Of a stretch of 64,000 bases of DNA, positions 27,448 to 37,117 are shown piece after piece. Each line of letters opens with the position of its first letter. The first letter of the stretch is position 1. Source of the DNA: a virus (taxonomy: Duplodnaviria; Caudoviricetes); the IMG/VR virus record IMGVR_UViG_3300047319_000106, positions 1,483 through 65,482 of that record; one strand, given 5' to 3'. The notes under the pieces are model-generated. The model saw nothing but the letters and a program-made list of their open reading frames with translations. It ran no database searches and was not told the DNA's origin. The position numbers were made by a program, and so were the translations under genes.

Positions 27448-28225
27448 CAGCCGATCCTTCGGTCATCGCCTTGCGGCGGTCCCACACGAGTTTCATGGAG
27501 GCGGAGCGCTTTGCCAGTGTTTCCGGGCTAGCCTTCTTGCCGGTATGCCACGCGCGATTCTTCTCAATCGCCTCTGGCGTCCGATTCTTGCCCTTCGCGG
27601 CGTTCAACAAAGCCTGCAACTGCTCCGGGTCCTGCATCCGACGCTTCGCAGTTGCGCTGAGTTTCGCTCGATGCTCTTCCGACATAACGCGCCCCTTCAT
27701 CGCCCTACTAAGTGCCTCGCGCGTTTCCTGAGATATGGTCACTTTTGCGCGAGCTGCCGAAAGGTTCGCTTTGTGTTGGTCAGAGAACACGGCGCCTCGT
27801 CTTGCCGCACTGACGTTCTCCCGATGCGCCTCTGACAACTGCTTTCCGCGACGGGCATCTCCGGATCGCTTGCCCATGAGGATCCGAGTATCCACAGATA
27901 GCGCGGGAACCCCATCTCCGCCGTCAGTAAGGTTCGCCAAGGGGCCGTTTGGATACCGGCCGAACTGAGCTATCAACTCAGTTTCCAAGTTGAATGCTGC
28001 CTGCTCAGTCAGATTCTCAGCGACTTTCTTGACGGGAACGCGGATTCCGCGCTCCCTCATTTCGCAGATGATGTTGTCCTTGTAGGAGCGGCCATTTTTT
28101 GCCCACCGTTCGTGATGGGTCAACCTCGACCCCTTCCCCTTACCCACATAGAAAGGTGTCACGCCATCATCCCTATATAAGATGTAGACGTAAAAGATAG
28201 ATTGTTCTTTTGGTTCGATGTCCAT
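27440..28225 (-). CDS. GIY-YIG homing endonuclease with NUMOD3 repeats
   Basis: YVY...FYVGKG..R, NLTDGG, repeated SEEHRAKLS motifs. Confidence 0.85.
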   Translation of the reverse strand: MDIEPKEQSIFYVYILYRDDGVTPFYVGKGKGSRLTHHERWAKNGRSYKDNIICEMRERGIRVPVKKVAENLTEQAAFNLETELIAQFGRYPNGPLANLTDGGDGVPALSVDTRILMGKRSGDARRGKQLSEAHRENVSAARRGAVFSDQHKANLSAARAKVTISQETREALSRAMKGRVMSEEHRAKLSATAKRRMQDPEQLQALLNAAKGKNRTPEAIEKNRAWHTGKKASPETLAKRSASMKLVWDRRKAMTEGSADG

Positions 28226-28274
28226 ATCAGAATTTTAGCTTCTGTCGGCATAACAAGGAACCAAGATCGCCATA

Positions 28275-29465
28275 TCAAGTAACCGTGAGAGTGACGCTTG
28301 CCGGCGTGCACGTTGCAGACTGGTTGAAGGCAAGCGGCACGTCCGGTGTCCCTGCGCCGCCCGGACCCGTCAGAGTCAGCGACGTGATCTTGAACGTGTT
28401 GCCCCCGCTCACGCCTTTCGCCGCAGCGATGCACGAGTCCCATTCCACAGCGCCCGCAGCCCCGCCACCGATAGCGACAGAATTCACGTAGTCGGAGATC
28501 GCCTGCTGGACGGCCGCGCCTGTGACCGACGAATACCCCGCCAGCGCCTTCACCGAGACTGCGACCGTGATCGCCTGCGTCGTCGGCCGAAAGAAGTTGA
28601 TCGGGTGCGGGATGCCGTAGACGTCCGTCACCGTGACAGTCGTCGTGCCGTACGTCCCGCCTCCGGGCGTCTTCTTTGCTGCGATGGCGTTTGCGATAGC
28701 GGTGGAGTCGCCGCCTTCGACCACCAGAGCGATCGTGTGCGGCGGCAACGTGTTCGAATCCGTCGAGTTCGTGTCGTTCTCGTATGCCGCGTAGCGCGTC
28801 ACGCCCGAGACTCCTGCGACGGCGCCGATGATGCCGGCGAGCACGGTCAGCGACGGGATAGCAACAGACGTCGCTTGACGCTTGCGCAGCGCTGCGTCCG
28901 CCTCGACGGGTGCGCCCGGATCTGCGTCGCTCGCGGCCGTTGCCGACTGCCAGCCGCGCGTCGGCGTCGAGATCTGCAGCGTCGTGCCCGATGCGAGCGT
29001 CACAGCGCCGTCCGTTTGGCACGTTGCTGTCGCCACGACAGAGCCGCCGGATGGGATCAGCACATTCGCCGGGAGCGCCCACTGATTCTGGTTCGCGTCC
29101 GTCACTATGCCGTTCGTGATCGTCGTGCCGGCCTGCCCGACCAGCGTCACATCGACCGTCGATTGCGAAGACACGTTGCGCGCGATGCCGTTGATCTTGA
29201 CGACGCTCGACAGATTCGCACCCTGAGCCGTTGCAGGCGAATACGCGTTGTAGCAGGCGACGGCGCCGTTGTTGCAGTCGTTGATCGCAGACGCAATCGT
29301 CGCGATCCACTGACCGTCCTGGCTGTCTGCCGTCACGACGACATCGGAGCCGTAGATGCTCTGGAACGTCGCGATCAGGCTCTGATAGACATCGTTGAAC
29401 GAGGGGATCGAGATCCCCGCGCTCGTAATCGTCGGGCCGAGCGTTGCGAGAGGGTAAGTCGCCAT
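28275..29465 (-). CDS. Baseplate J-like protein
   Basis: DSQDGQ, EADAALRKR, YENDT...PHTIALVVEGG. Confidence 0.9.
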   Translation of the reverse strand: MATYPLATLGPTITSAGISIPSFNDVYQSLIATFQSIYGSDVVVTADSQDGQWIATIASAINDCNNGAVACYNAYSPATAQGANLSSVVKINGIARNVSSQSTVDVTLVGQAGTTITNGIVTDANQNQWALPANVLIPSGGSVVATATCQTDGAVTLASGTTLQISTPTRGWQSATAASDADPGAPVEADAALRKRQATSVAIPSLTVLAGIIGAVAGVSGVTRYAAYENDTNSTDSNTLPPHTIALVVEGGDSTAIANAIAAKKTPGGGTYGTTTVTVTDVYGIPHPINFFRPTTQAITVAVSVKALAGYSSVTGAAVQQAISDYVNSVAIGGGAAGAVEWDSCIAAAKGVSGGNTFKITSLTLTGPGGAGTPDVPLAFNQSATCTPASVTLTVT

Positions 29466-29818
29466 CAGAGAGCCGCCGTGATTGTCGTTTGGCCGTAGAT
29501 CGTGTCGATGGTCGCCGCGACCGTGAACGAGCGCGTTGCAGGGTCGACGACGCTTGCGTAATCGGCGATGCCGGTCACACCCTGCGTTTCGAGGATGCGT
29601 TCCTGCACTGCGAGGTCGCGCGTCGCCGCGGTTCCCGTGCCGAGGATCTCAGTCGCGTAAGGCGTGCCCTCGGTCGTGTCGAGGAACCATTCGCCGGTCG
29701 AGAGCCGCAGCCGCGTCAGCACGAGCTGCGCGACAGCCGCGGGCGAGTCGACGAGGAAGTTCGCCGAGCCTTGTCCGAATGAGTAGTCGCCGTTTTCGTC
29801 GAGTGTTCGATAGCGCAT
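29465..29818 (-). CDS. Baseplate sheath initiator (gp25/gp46-like)
   Basis: TRLRL..GEWFLDTTEGTPY. Confidence 0.8.
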   Translation of the reverse strand: MRYRTLDENGDYSFGQGSANFLVDSPAAVAQLVLTRLRLSTGEWFLDTTEGTPYATEILGTGTAATRDLAVQERILETQGVTGIADYASVVDPATRSFTVAATIDTIYGQTTITAAL

Positions 29819-29820
29819 GA

Positions 29821-30528
29821 TCAGTTCGGCGGGTTCGTATTGCTGCCTGCACCGTTTTCATGGTGCGTGTGTGTGCTAACGCTCTTGCCGGCCGCGGTGA
29901 CGTCGTTGACGACCGTGATCGGACCTTGCAGCGTCGCGGGGTATTTCGTCGAGCCGGTACCCTGAGCCAGTTGGCCGTTCAGAGTGATCGTCGGAGCGTC
30001 GACTTCGAAGCCGCCGGGAGCGACGACCTTCACCGCCTTAGAGGAAGGGTTCAGTTCGATGTACGCACTGCCGTCGTTGCTGCGAAGCTGAACCGCGCTC
30101 GTGCTGACTCCGCCGATCTTCGTTGCCTGCGAGAACGGCCCGAGAATCGCGAAGCCGTCCGACAGGTCATGCATCCGAAGCTCGGCCTGCACCTGAACAC
30201 CGCCTGACTGCCACCACGCATCAATGCAGCGCGACGAGAACACCATCAGCGCCTCGTCGCCGGCCGTGACCGGAAACGTCATCGTGCAGCCGCCGCCGCG
30301 CGGAAAGCAGACCGGAACGTCGACAAGCAACGGAAGCGTCACCCACGAAGTGCTACCATCCTGCGCGCGCACCTGCGCCTGAATGGCGGGTTGCGCAGTG
30401 CAGGTCAATGCGCTAGCGTCGAAGCTCTGGATGATCGCGGGGAGCGCCGTCCAGAGTCCCGCCTGGTTGCCGCCGAGCGCGGCGCGCAGCGCGTCTTCGA
30501 TACTGGCGGAGCGTTCGGTTTGAAGCAT
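29821..30528 (-). CDS. Baseplate spike (Gp138-like)
   Basis: RMHDLSDG motif and C-terminal THTH metal-binding tip. Confidence 0.88.
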   Translation of the reverse strand: MLQTERSASIEDALRAALGGNQAGLWTALPAIIQSFDASALTCTAQPAIQAQVRAQDGSTSWVTLPLLVDVPVCFPRGGGCTMTFPVTAGDEALMVFSSRCIDAWWQSGGVQVQAELRMHDLSDGFAILGPFSQATKIGGVSTSAVQLRSNDGSAYIELNPSSKAVKVVAPGGFEVDAPTITLNGQLAQGTGSTKYPATLQGPITVVNDVTAAGKSVSTHTHHENGAGSNTNPPN

Positions 30529-30540
30529 AGGAACCTGATA

Positions 30541-30984
30541 ATGAAAATAACGACTTTGCTCTTCGTCATCCCGGTCACGGCCGCAGCCGCTTCGACTGAC
30601 GTGCCCGAGATCACGATCGCCCCAGCCACCGTCGCGGAACAGCCTGCGAGAACTGCTCGAGTTCCGACCGCACGCGGCATCGATCTCGTGGACGGCGCGA
30701 TAGTGTGCAGCTCGTACGACCTTGCAGAATTCATGTACGGGCAGATCAACTCAGCGCGGCACGCGCGCCGGTCATTGCCTCAAGAACTTAGGCGACAGGC
30801 CACACTGGTCAATGGCTACGACTACGGCGCAGAGCCGAGGCCGGCTGACTACGGATGCGTAATGGTCCCGGCCGGAACGAAGCTCTCTGTAGAGAAAGGC
30901 AACTTCGTGCCCGTCGTTTCTGGGAAGCTCCCGGACGGACGAAAATTCACTGGCGTCACGCTGCCGCAGATGATCGAGCGCTAG
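30541..30984 (+). CDS. Secreted hypothetical protein (moron, opposite strand)
   Basis: Signal-peptide-like N-terminus, two Cys, AGGA SD. Confidence 0.65.
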   Translation: MKITTLLFVIPVTAAAASTDVPEITIAPATVAEQPARTARVPTARGIDLVDGAIVCSSYDLAEFMYGQINSARHARRSLPQELRRQATLVNGYDYGAEPRPADYGCVMVPAGTKLSVEKGNFVPVVSGKLPDGRKFTGVTLPQMIER

Positions 30985-31922
30985 CCAGCCGACTGCACAG
31001 AACTGCCCACTGGCGCGGACGTGTCCACCGCGAGACAAGTCAGGTCGCAATACCACTCCTGCCCGCGCGTATCGCCGATGAACTCGGAGACCAGCACGCG
31101 GTAGAAGCCGGCGGCGGTCGTCTGCGCCGCGGCGGACAGGCCGGTGTACGAAAGCCCCTGCTGCTTGATTGTCAGCGTGTTGATGTCAGCCTGCGCGATC
31201 TGCACCAGGCATCCGATCCGCACTAGCGGGTTTAGCAGGATGCGCGCGTGCACGCCATCTTCAGTCGCCTCCGGCACGCCAATCAGTCCGGTCGTCGAAG
31301 AGAGCACCACCGCCTCTCCGGGCCGATAACCGGTGACCGGCACGACCACCGCCTGCCCGTTCTGAATGCTCCAGCGGAATCCGTTTTTCGCGGCCCAGTC
31401 TCGCGCATAGTCGCGCGACATCCCGAAGAGCACCTTGCCGCGCGCGAGCGCTTGCGCGGGGATGCCGCCGACAAGGCCGTTCACATCCGTCGCGTACGGG
31501 AGATTCCCAGCATCGGCGTTCTGCTTCGTGATCGAATCGAGGATCTGCTTCGGCGTGCTGCCGGCCGCCAGCGTCTGATTGACCATCCCGAAGTTGTAGA
31601 ACTCGTCCCCGTCCGCCGCCCAAATGTCGAGGAATGAATCGACGTTTCGCTCCTTTCCGCGCATGAACTGCTTGATCGTGCCTTGGAAGATGATGCCGAA
31701 GTTGCCGTTCTCGTATCCTGCCTGCAACGTGATCGTCGTGAACTCGCCTTGGATCGCCTTGACCGTGGCCGGCGCGAGATTGTAGATGCGCACGTAGAGC
31801 GTGTTTGGCGCTTGCGTGTCCGCCTGGCGCACCTCGAACTTGAAGCGGAGCTGAGACAGATCGAGCCCGTTCGATCCGGTCGAAACGATCAGCGTCGCCT
31901 TCCGGCCGAACTGGTTACTCAT
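30981..31922 (-). CDS. Baseplate hub protein
   Basis: IYNL, LQAGY, IFQG, WSIQNG, TGLIGVP motifs. Confidence 0.8.
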   Translation of the reverse strand: MSNQFGRKATLIVSTGSNGLDLSQLRFKFEVRQADTQAPNTLYVRIYNLAPATVKAIQGEFTTITLQAGYENGNFGIIFQGTIKQFMRGKERNVDSFLDIWAADGDEFYNFGMVNQTLAAGSTPKQILDSITKQNADAGNLPYATDVNGLVGGIPAQALARGKVLFGMSRDYARDWAAKNGFRWSIQNGQAVVVPVTGYRPGEAVVLSSTTGLIGVPEATEDGVHARILLNPLVRIGCLVQIAQADINTLTIKQQGLSYTGLSAAAQTTAAGFYRVLVSEFIGDTRGQEWYCDLTCLAVDTSAPVGSSVQSAG

Positions 31923-32227
31923 GACGTGATGAAGTAAAGGTGCCCGGTCGAGCCGAGGTTATCGAACGTCGGGACGGCGTCCGGGTCATTGTCCGTCTGC
32001 ACCACCAGTTGCCCGGTGAAGCCGAGATATGCGTATTGCCCAAGCAGATCGACGCCCGTCACGAGCGGGATACTCCCGACCATCAGGTTGCCCGTCGCAT
32101 CGGCGATGTCGAGCATCCATGCGGCAGCCGGAACGTTCCAGCGGAGTGTCATCTTGTAAGTGACGCCGCCGAGCGCGATGCTGAACGCCTGCGGCTTGGC
32201 CGACAGCGGAATCTCGTATGCGGTCAT
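31919..32227 (-). CDS. Baseplate plug-like small protein
   Basis: IPLVTGVDLLGQY motif, synteny. Confidence 0.7.
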   Translation of the reverse strand: MTAYEIPLSAKPQAFSIALGGVTYKMTLRWNVPAAAWMLDIADATGNLMVGSIPLVTGVDLLGQYAYLGFTGQLVVQTDNDPDAVPTFDNLGSTGHLYFITS

Positions 32228-32907
32228 GAAAGTGCTGTCACGTTGATGTTCGGCGCCGGCACTGGCGATGTCACGCCTGCATCTTCGGGCGACGCGGTGC
32301 TCGCCGGGTTCGACATGTTGCTGGAGTCAGGAACCGTCACCGTCTGGGTCTGTGCCATCAGGATCTGACGGCAGACGATCCTGACGATGACAGAGTTCTC
32401 TGTCTCCGCTGTCGTCGTCGTCGACAGCGCCTTGATGATCATGTTCCGATACTGCCTCTTCCCCGTGTAGATGTTGAAGAGGAATCGGTTGTGGTACATA
32501 TCGATCAGCTTCATGTACGCCTTCTTAGAAGGCGTCCAGCCGGTTCCGAGCATGTTCATCACGCCGCTTGCCAGTTCGACGGCGCCGATGAGTGCGCGCG
32601 CGGCGCTGCTTTGCGCAGCAATGGCGCCCGCGACGCCACCTATGAGACTGGTCGAATTTGGGCTGTTCGACCAGGCCGCAGTGATGATCACTTCCGCCGG
32701 TCGCACGAATGCGTGATCCGCGATCACCGTGCCCTGCTCGACCGGATGCTCTGTGACTTCGAGCTCGTCGTTATGCACTTCCTCGAGAGTCGCATCAGGC
32801 ACCGTGAAGGTGCCGTCAGTCGGGTCCAAGAAGCCTCGCTTCGGCTTGATGGTAAGAAGCTGAAGCCCGAGCTGCGCGCCAGATTCAATGAAGCCGAGAA
32901 CGCTCAC
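32224..32907 (-). CDS. Distal tail (Dit-like) baseplate protein
   Basis: EVTEHPVEQG..IADHA, TGKRQYRNM. Confidence 0.8.
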   Translation of the reverse strand: MSVLGFIESGAQLGLQLLTIKPKRGFLDPTDGTFTVPDATLEEVHNDELEVTEHPVEQGTVIADHAFVRPAEVIITAAWSNSPNSTSLIGGVAGAIAAQSSAARALIGAVELASGVMNMLGTGWTPSKKAYMKLIDMYHNRFLFNIYTGKRQYRNMIIKALSTTTTAETENSVIVRIVCRQILMAQTQTVTVPDSSNMSNPASTASPEDAGVTSPVPAPNINVTALS

Positions 32908-34520
32908 ACGTATGCTCCTGTCATGTTACGCACAAGGTCGGCGTTGACGCGCGCTTGCTCGCCCGCGACCGCGCGCCCGGTGCCGCCCGGGTCGGGCGAG
33001 CCATGCACGTGGACGTCGGTCTTCTGGCTGATGGTCACAGACTTTGACGCGGCCTGCGCGGAGTTCGTGCCGAGCTTGCCGTATGCCGAGCCGTTCTCGT
33101 GCTGGAAAATCGATCCGGCCACGCCCTGCAACTGATCGCCCGACAGCACGGTGTCAGCGGAAACGCCCAGTTGCTTCGCGACCGCAGCGATGTATGCCTG
33201 CGTGTCGTTCTCATTCGCTGGCGCCCAGCGCGAGACGATCTTTCGAATCGTGTTGAAGCCGCGCGCGGTGTAGCTTCGGAGAAGCTTCGCAGTCGCCTCG
33301 ATGCCGGTTTGCATGTCGGAGAAGACCGCGAAGCCGCCGCTGTCTGCGCCAATTGCACCGGCGCTGCGCGCGAACTCGCCGTAGCGGATGTTGCCCGGAT
33401 TGTTGTTCCGGATGCCGCGCGGAGCGTCCCAGTTCTTACTTCCGTTCCCGAGGTCAAGCGGAGCAGATCCGGCTTGCTGGCCACCGGACGGAGCAGCGCC
33501 AGCCCATTGCTGGAATGCGTGCCGCTTGCGCTTCACCCATGCGATGAAGGCGCTGTCATTCGGATCTGCGTCCGGCGGCGCATCTCCTTGCGTGGATTGG
33601 TCTGCTTGCGACCCGCCGCCTTCGCCACCGCCGAACCAACTCGCGACGCGCGCGAAGCTGCCGATGATGTTGCCGATCACCTCTGCGACTTTCCCGGCCT
33701 TATCGAGGAAGACATCGACGTCCTTCCCGACCTTCTGCCAGTCGATGTCGCGCACCCACTTCGCAACTGCTTCCAGCGCGGTCGCGATCTTGCGTGCTGT
33801 CTCGTCGGCGTGACCGGCCGCCCACTTCTCGAACTCAGTCGAGATCTCCGCCAGAACGGGCGCGAGATGCTCCTGCAACAGCACCCAGAACAGGTGAATG
33901 TCGTTCGTGAGGTCGCGCACCGAGTTGTCGAACTCGACGCCGGCCTGCGCCGCGCGCTCGGGATTGATGCCGAACGAGCCGAGCTTCTGGCGATACTTGT
34001 CCTGCGCGGCCTGAATCTTCGGCAGGCCGTTTTCGAGCATCAGCAGCGTGTCGGGATCGATGCCGAACAGACCCGCATACTGCGCCGCGATGTACGGCTG
34101 CATCTGCTTCATCTTGCCGATGAAGCTCTCGAATTGCTCGAGCGGACCGTTCCCGGTCACGCCGAGCTGCGTGAGCAACCCATTCATGCCAGGGTTCAGA
34201 CGCAGCGTGCGGGTGAATCCTTCGAGCGACGCCTGAGCCTGGTCAGCCGTCAGACCAATCTGGCCGGCGGCATACCGCAGCGCCATGATGTTGCCGACCG
34301 TCTCGCCTGTGCGCTGCGAGGCGTAATACAGGCGCTCCATCTCTACCGAGATGATCTTCACGCCTGCGACAACAGCGGCTGCCGTTGCGACGACCGCCGT
34401 GCCGAGCTTCATCACCGTCTTGGTGACGCTCTGGAGAGACAGCGTGAACTTGCGCAGGCTCGTCTCGTCGGTCTTATAGCCGATCGAGACCAGAAACTCC
34501 TTGATGACCTCTTCGTTCAT
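32904..34520 (-). CDS. Tape measure protein with C-terminal lysozyme-like domain
   Basis: IKEFLVSIG start; RGIRNNNPGNIR...RWAPANENDT...HENG. Confidence 0.85.
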   Translation of the reverse strand: MNEEVIKEFLVSIGYKTDETSLRKFTLSLQSVTKTVMKLGTAVVATAAAVVAGVKIISVEMERLYYASQRTGETVGNIMALRYAAGQIGLTADQAQASLEGFTRTLRLNPGMNGLLTQLGVTGNGPLEQFESFIGKMKQMQPYIAAQYAGLFGIDPDTLLMLENGLPKIQAAQDKYRQKLGSFGINPERAAQAGVEFDNSVRDLTNDIHLFWVLLQEHLAPVLAEISTEFEKWAAGHADETARKIATALEAVAKWVRDIDWQKVGKDVDVFLDKAGKVAEVIGNIIGSFARVASWFGGGEGGGSQADQSTQGDAPPDADPNDSAFIAWVKRKRHAFQQWAGAAPSGGQQAGSAPLDLGNGSKNWDAPRGIRNNNPGNIRYGEFARSAGAIGADSGGFAVFSDMQTGIEATAKLLRSYTARGFNTIRKIVSRWAPANENDTQAYIAAVAKQLGVSADTVLSGDQLQGVAGSIFQHENGSAYGKLGTNSAQAASKSVTISQKTDVHVHGSPDPGGTGRAVAGEQARVNADLVRNMTGAYV

Positions 34521-34756
34521 CGCTTCGTCCGTTCCATGTGTTCCTGCACGCGGGCTTCGTTCTCGCGCTTGACCGAGAGCGCGTCATTCAGCAGCGCGAC
34601 GTCGCAGAGATCCAGCGTGCCGTCGATCAGGGACTCGTACTTGATGAGCCCCTCCATGACCGGCAGCAGCAGCCAGTCTTCGCCATCAGGAAGGGAGACG
34701 AAGCTGATCCCGCTCAGGCCGCCGCGGTCAAAGTCGACGGCCCGCCGGGAAAAAAA
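34517..34756 (-). CDS. Tail assembly chaperone frameshift extension
   Basis: -1 frame from T TTT TTT reads ...LPDGEDWLLLPV...YESLIDGTLDL. Confidence 0.7.
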   Translation of the reverse strand, partial: FFSRRAVDFDRGGLSGISFVSLPDGEDWLLLPVMEGLIKYESLIDGTLDLCDVALLNDALSVKRENEARVQEHMERTKR

Positions 34757-35112
34757 CTGCCGAGGTTTTGCTGGATGACCGCGACCGCGAGACGAAGCAT
34801 CGTCGGCAGGTCGATGTCCTGAAACACCAGGCCGCCGCCCTTGACCATGACGTTCTGGAAGCCTTCGCCCTGCTGGCGCGCGACAACCATTAGACACGTG
34901 TCGAGCACGTAGTCGGTGTCCTCGTCGGACATCTTTGCGAGCGCTTCTGCGATTGGGCTGACGAGTTCCGCGAAACCCTTCGCCTCTGCTTTCAGCGCAC
35001 CACCGAGGCCCGCGAGCAGCGGCGCGAGCCGCCGCGCGACGTGGAATTGCTTCTTCGCATCGAGGCGGCCGATCCGGTACGACTGGCCGTTAATTTCGAC
35101 GATTCCGCTCAT
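34714..35112 (-). CDS. Tail assembly chaperone
   Basis: LDAKKQFHVARRLAP motif; follows tube. Confidence 0.8.
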   Translation of the reverse strand: MSGIVEINGQSYRIGRLDAKKQFHVARRLAPLLAGLGGALKAEAKGFAELVSPIAEALAKMSDEDTDYVLDTCLMVVARQQGEGFQNVMVKGGGLVFQDIDLPTMLRLAVAVIQQNLGSFFPGGPSTLTAAA

Positions 35113-35114
35113 GA

Positions 35115-35561
35115 TCAGACGCCCGCGGCGAGTGCCGGATCGATGATGCCGGCGTTGAATTCCCATTCGATCATGCCCGCTTCCTTGGCGAAATCGTTCT
35201 TCGGGAACTTGGCGAACGCGACGCCCTGGCACGTGTACACATCACCGCGCACCGTGTCGGTCGCCGTGAAGATGTTCTGCGCCCAGTTCGCCGAGCTCGT
35301 GCGCTGGAAGTTGTACATCGCCGACAGGAGAGCGTTCGTCGGCGAGGTCTTCTGCAGCCGCACGGTCAGCTTGCCGGCCTTGCTCGGGTTCAGGCTGTGC
35401 ATCGGCGTACCATCGGCGCCGATCTTCATGTTGTCGGCGTCCTCGGAGAACTCGACCGTGAAGCCTTCCTCCGAAATGCCGCAGCCTGCGCCGAGCGAGA
35501 TTGCGCCGCCGGGGCCGATCAGCGACGCATTGAAATTCAGAAACGAGTACGTTGCGCTCAT
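35115..35561 (-). CDS. Tail tube protein (DUF3277-like)
   Basis: IGADG...LQKTSPTNALL. Confidence 0.85.
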   Translation of the reverse strand: MSATYSFLNFNASLIGPGGAISLGAGCGISEEGFTVEFSEDADNMKIGADGTPMHSLNPSKAGKLTVRLQKTSPTNALLSAMYNFQRTSSANWAQNIFTATDTVRGDVYTCQGVAFAKFPKNDFAKEAGMIEWEFNAGIIDPALAAGV

Positions 35562-35570
35562 CTAAACCCC

Positions 35571-37055
35571 TTACTGGTTGACGGTGACAGCGATGTCCGC
35601 GCTGTGGATTGCGCCGGCTTCCTTCGCTGCGATCTGGAACTTGACCGACTTGCGCGCGGCGCGATCCGCCTGGCTCTGGTTTGCGATCGGCGGCGCAAAC
35701 ACGTAGAAGCCCTTCGGCATGTAATCGCCTTGGCTCAGCGTGCCGAAGCCGCCGGAATTCCACGTGCCGGGCGCGAGGAAGCCGTTCGTGACGTACTGCG
35801 CGCAGACTTGCTCGAGCGTCGTCGCGATCAGGTGATTGCCCGCGTCGGTCTGCGGGATCTTCGTCGTGCTCGTGTAGAGCAGGTTGAAAACAGCGTTCTG
35901 CAGGTCGATTGCGAAGTTGTCCGCGCCGATCACCGAGTCGATGAAATCGCCCGAGCAGCAGACGCCCTGCTCGATGATCGCGGTGTTGTTGTCGTACGCC
36001 ACGAACACGTTGCAGTTGAACGCTTCGAGCGCGTTCGCCTGCGTGCTGTTCAGGTTCTCCGCGGTGATGCCGGGTTGCTGCTTGAACTTCAGCGTGATGA
36101 CCGTGTTGTTGCCGGTGTAGTCGGTCGTCAGGATGCGCGCGAGCAGCGACGCGACCGCGTACGCGTTCGAGCTCGAATACTGCACGGCCGTCTTCTTGTA
36201 GCCGAGGCCCTTAAGCTGATACGCAATGTTCGTCGTATCGCTTCCGACGAGAACGCCGGCTTCTTGCGTCGTGACGCCGTAGAAGTGCTTCGTCGAGGCA
36301 GCCTCGATGTAGGCAGCGATGGCGAGGTGATCGGCATCGACCGCGCTCGGCACGGTCAGCGCGTACCACTGCTGCCCGAAGTTCGCGTCGAACAGCGTCA
36401 CCGCCGAGACAGCGGATTCGGCAGCCGCGCCCGCGGCGACGTAAGCACCCGACGTCGTCGACGTGAGGCCCATGAGTGCGGAAATGTCCGTGCCCGACGT
36501 CGGCGCCTGCGCGAAGCTCACCGACGACGTAGCGCCAGTCGTCGCGCTCGTGATCTCGAAGCGGCCGAACGTCGAGTTCCAGACGCAGGTGCCCGCGCTT
36601 GCGAGTGCGGTCGTCACCGCCGAGGCCACGCCGTTCAGGTTCGTGACGCCGGTGAGGCTGATGCCCGACAGCGTCTTGAGCGTGCCGTCGATCGTGATCT
36701 TCATGCCGCCAGACGAAACCGCGGTGAAGTTCGCCAGCGCCTGCTGCGCGGCCGACAGCGTGCCGCCGAGCAACTGGCCGGCGGCGGCCGTCTTCGCCCA
36801 CCGGCCGACCATGACGGTCGTCGGCTGCGGAGCCTGCTCGAACCAGAGCGCAGCCGCTTTGTATTCTTCGGCGGACGTGCCGAAGTCGGTCGCCAAGTCG
36901 TCGATGCTTTCGTATGTGCGGAAGCGCGACACAAGGTCGATGACGTTGGACGTGCCGAGGATCAGCAGCGTCGAGGTGTTTTGAGCCTGCGCAGCGGACT
37001 GCGTGAGCGTGATCGCGACCTTGACCAGTCGGCTGATCGGCAGAGTGTTCGCCAT
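35571..37055 (-). CDS. Tail sheath protein (DUF3383-like)
   Basis: KIPQTDAG, ADRAARKS...AGAIHS. Confidence 0.9.
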   Translation of the reverse strand: MANTLPISRLVKVAITLTQSAAQAQNTSTLLILGTSNVIDLVSRFRTYESIDDLATDFGTSAEEYKAAALWFEQAPQPTTVMVGRWAKTAAAGQLLGGTLSAAQQALANFTAVSSGGMKITIDGTLKTLSGISLTGVTNLNGVASAVTTALASAGTCVWNSTFGRFEITSATTGATSSVSFAQAPTSGTDISALMGLTSTTSGAYVAAGAAAESAVSAVTLFDANFGQQWYALTVPSAVDADHLAIAAYIEAASTKHFYGVTTQEAGVLVGSDTTNIAYQLKGLGYKKTAVQYSSSNAYAVASLLARILTTDYTGNNTVITLKFKQQPGITAENLNSTQANALEAFNCNVFVAYDNNTAIIEQGVCCSGDFIDSVIGADNFAIDLQNAVFNLLYTSTTKIPQTDAGNHLIATTLEQVCAQYVTNGFLAPGTWNSGGFGTLSQGDYMPKGFYVFAPPIANQSQADRAARKSVKFQIAAKEAGAIHSADIAVTVNQ

Positions 37056-37072
37056 GTGTGCGTCCCGAAAAG

Positions 37073-37094
37073 AAAAAGCCCGCACGCGGCGGGC
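37073..37094 (-). terminator. Intrinsic terminator-like hairpin upstream of sheath
   Basis: GCCCGC stem followed by TTTTT on minus strand. Confidence 0.5.
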
Positions 37095-37117
37095 CGATGA
37101 ATCCGATGTGAATGGGC

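Noticed and set aside
27440-28275. Group I intron around the GIY-YIG gene
   Set aside because: Flanking genes are each complete and there is no room for an intron core
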